A stretch of DNA of 64,000 nucleotides from Felis catus (lineage: Eukaryota): NCBI RefSeq assembly GCF_018350175.1, contig NC_058370.1:138384001-138448000 (forward strand), read 5' to 3'. A program made the position numbers and the translations under genes. Below are positions 61,715-64,000 of this stretch, one piece after another. How positions within the stretch are numbered: position 1 is the first letter of the stretch; every line of letters begins with the position of its first letter. The notes under the pieces were generated by a model, which was not told the origin of the DNA, ran no database searches, and saw nothing but the letters and a program-made list of their open reading frames with translations.

Positions 61715-63510
61715 CTGGTTTTTATATTTGTGTATGCTTTTTTAGTGTACAACCCATCAGCTTTTGACAAGTGCATGGCGGTGTGGCCCCCACCGCAGCC
61801 ATCACCCCCTAACGTCCTTGAGCTTCGCCCCGGAGCCTATCCTCTCCCACCCTGCCCCAGACAGCTTCTCGTCGGATCTGCACCCCTACGCCCTTCCGGA
61901 AGGTCACGTGACTGCGTCGGTCTGTGGCCCCTCTTTCCGGCGCCTTCAACTTAGCGTGATGTGTCTAAGCCGTAGCCATGTGCATGCAGGTATGAATACC
62001 TCACCGCTTGTCACCGCTGAGAAGTGCCCCGTGGGTGCATGGACGGCACCACTGATGGATGCCTGGGTTTTCCTGATTTGGGGGAGTATGAGCACACCCG
62101 CGACAAGCGTCTCCCACGGGCCCTGTGTGATCACAATTGGCGTTACTCGCTCGCCTTGAAAGAAGATTCTAGGCCGTGGGGTAAATGTATGCTTCGCTTT
62201 ACGAGGGACCGCTAAACCCCTTCCGAAGGTGGCTTGACCATGGCGCATCCCGCCAGCAGAGTCCCCGAGTCCCCGGTGACCTCCGTCCTTGGCAACACGC
62301 GTGTGATCTGTCATTGAAATCCAGCCACTGTGGTCTGTGCACAGGCCTTCCAAATGTGGTTTTGTGTTGCATCTCCCCGATGACTAATGATGTTGGCTGG
62401 CTTTTCATGTCCGTGTTTTCCACCCATAAATCTTCTCTGCTGAAGCATCTGTTCACACTTTTGTCCATTAAAAAAAATCAGGTTGTGTGTTTTCTTACTT
62501 TTGAGTTTTGAGAGTTCTTTGTATCTTCCGGATGTGAGTTCTTTGTCAGATATTTGGTTTGCAGATATTTGTTCCCAGTCTCTGGCTTCCTTTTTTTTTT
62601 TTTTTTTTTTCCTCAACAGTGTCTTCCACAGAGCAAAAAAATTTTAATTTTGCTGATGTCTAATTTATTAATTTTTTAACGGATCATGCTTTTGATGTCC
62701 TATCTAAAACCCGACTGCCTAACCCCAGAGTCTGAAAGGTTTTCTCCTATTTTTAACTTAAAGCCTTTATAGGTCTGCCTCCTCCATTCATGCCTGAGAC
62801 TCACCAGAGTTAATTTTCGTGTGCTGCAGGAAAGATAGCGAGTCTCCTTTTGTTACACGTGTATCTGCACAAACAAGCATCATTTGTTGAAAAGGTGACC
62901 CTTTCCACTGCCTTCTCAACTCTTTGAAGAGTCACTTGAGTGTGTTTGCGTGGGGGTCCTGGACTCGCTGTGCTGCTGCACTGGTCTGTGTACTTGTCCT
63001 GGTACTGGTACTGCCCACGCCTGACTCGCTCACTGGTTCTTGGAGATTCTTTGTTTTGTGGAATCCTTTCCAAAGGGTTCTGGGGTTTTCCAGGTAGACA
63101 ATCCTATTCTATGCCAAATGCAGACCGTGTTATTTCTTCCTTTCCATTCTCTGCGCCTTTTATTTCTGTGTCTCACCTCGTTGCGCTGGAGGCCAGGAAC
63201 CCCAGTTCAGTGCTGGAAAGAAGGGCCGGGCGTGGGGGGGCGGTGACGTCTTGCTTTGTTCCTGATCCCAGGGGTTGAGTCATCCAATCTCTGCCATTAA
63301 GTGCACGTGACACATACCAAGTTGAGGAAGCTCCCTTCTCTTCCTGTGTATCGGAGAGTTTTTATCACGACTGGATATTGCATTCTGTCAAATGCTTTTT
63401 CTGTGTCCATAGGTACGATTCTGGAGTGTTCCTTCTATGGTCTGTCAATGTGGGGAGTCACGTTGATTGATTTTCAGACGATGACCAGCCTTACACTCTG
63501 GGATTAAGCT
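61715..63510 (-). mobile_element. Old L1 (L1MB-like), fragmented
   Basis: Minus-strand DWEQISANQISDKELTSGRYKELSKLKSKKTHN resembles the L1 ORF2 C-terminal region. Confidence 0.82.
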
Positions 63511-63528
63511 TCTTTGTCATGATTAACC

Positions 63529-63739
63529 TTTTTTTTTTTTTTTTTTACAGTTTAAAAAAATGTTTATTTATTTATTTTGAGGGGGAGGAGGGGCAGAGGG
63601 AGAGAAAGAGAGAATCCTAAGCAGGATTCTCGCTGTCAGCACAGAGCCCGACACGGGCCCGATCCCACGAGCAGTGAGGTCATGACCTGAGCCCAAACCA
63701 AGAGTTGGACGCTCAATGACCGAGTCACCTGGGTGCCCT
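63529..63739 (-). mobile_element. Can-SINE
   Basis: Poly-T, reverse-complement head; TSD GTCATGATTA(A/G)C at 63516-63527 and 63741-63752. Confidence 0.9.
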
Positions 63740-63769
63740 GGTCATGATTAGCGATCTTTAAAAAAATAC

Positions 63770-64000
63770 TACTGAAGACCACTGGGGAGGGGAAGGAGAA
63801 AAAAAAAAGATTAGAGGCCGGGGGAGCCAAAACATAAGAGACTCTTAAGAACTGAACAAACTGAGGGTTGATGGGGGGTGGAAGGGAGGGGAGGGTGGGG
63901 GATGGGCACCGAGGAGGGCACCTGTTGGGATGAGCCCTGGGTGTTGTATGGAAACCGATTTGACAATAAATTTCATATTAAAAAAAATACAAAATACAAA
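63770..64000 (+). mobile_element. 5'-truncated felid L1 (L1_Fc-like) 3' UTR with poly-A
   Basis: cataagagactcttaa...ctgagggttgatggggggtgg...gaggagggcacctgttgggatgagc..gggtgttgtatggaaacc..tttgacaataaatttcatattaaaa. Confidence 0.85.

Overview
Mammalian genomic DNA, almost certainly from a felid: the young SINEs match the cat-type tRNA-derived Can-SINE (SINEC_Fc-like), and a cat-type L1 3' UTR sits at the right edge. The window is very GC/CpG-rich. It holds the last six coding exons of EIPR1 (TSSC1, a WD40 GARP/EARP-interacting protein) on the + strand. These total 905 coding nt, have phase-consistent GT-AG junctions, and end with a TAG at 40462-40464 and ATTAAA at 40750. The first ~86 codons lie upstream of the window. 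The rest is intron and ~23 kb of downstream intergenic DNA with Can-SINEs, old L1/L2/MIR/MaLR fragments, several minisatellites and two N gaps. I see no previously undescribed gene system; the long ORFs in the track are GC- or repeat-driven artefacts. The most noteworthy observations are a 67-bp tandem duplication carrying two consensus REST/NRSF (RE1) sites, a young SINE with no poly(A) tail, a nested head-to-head SINE pair, a perfect splice donor just after a sense MaLR LTR, and G4-prone and Z-DNA-prone minisatellites. Exon numbering and repeat subfamily names rest on my recall of consensus sequences and need BLAST/RepeatMasker confirmation.
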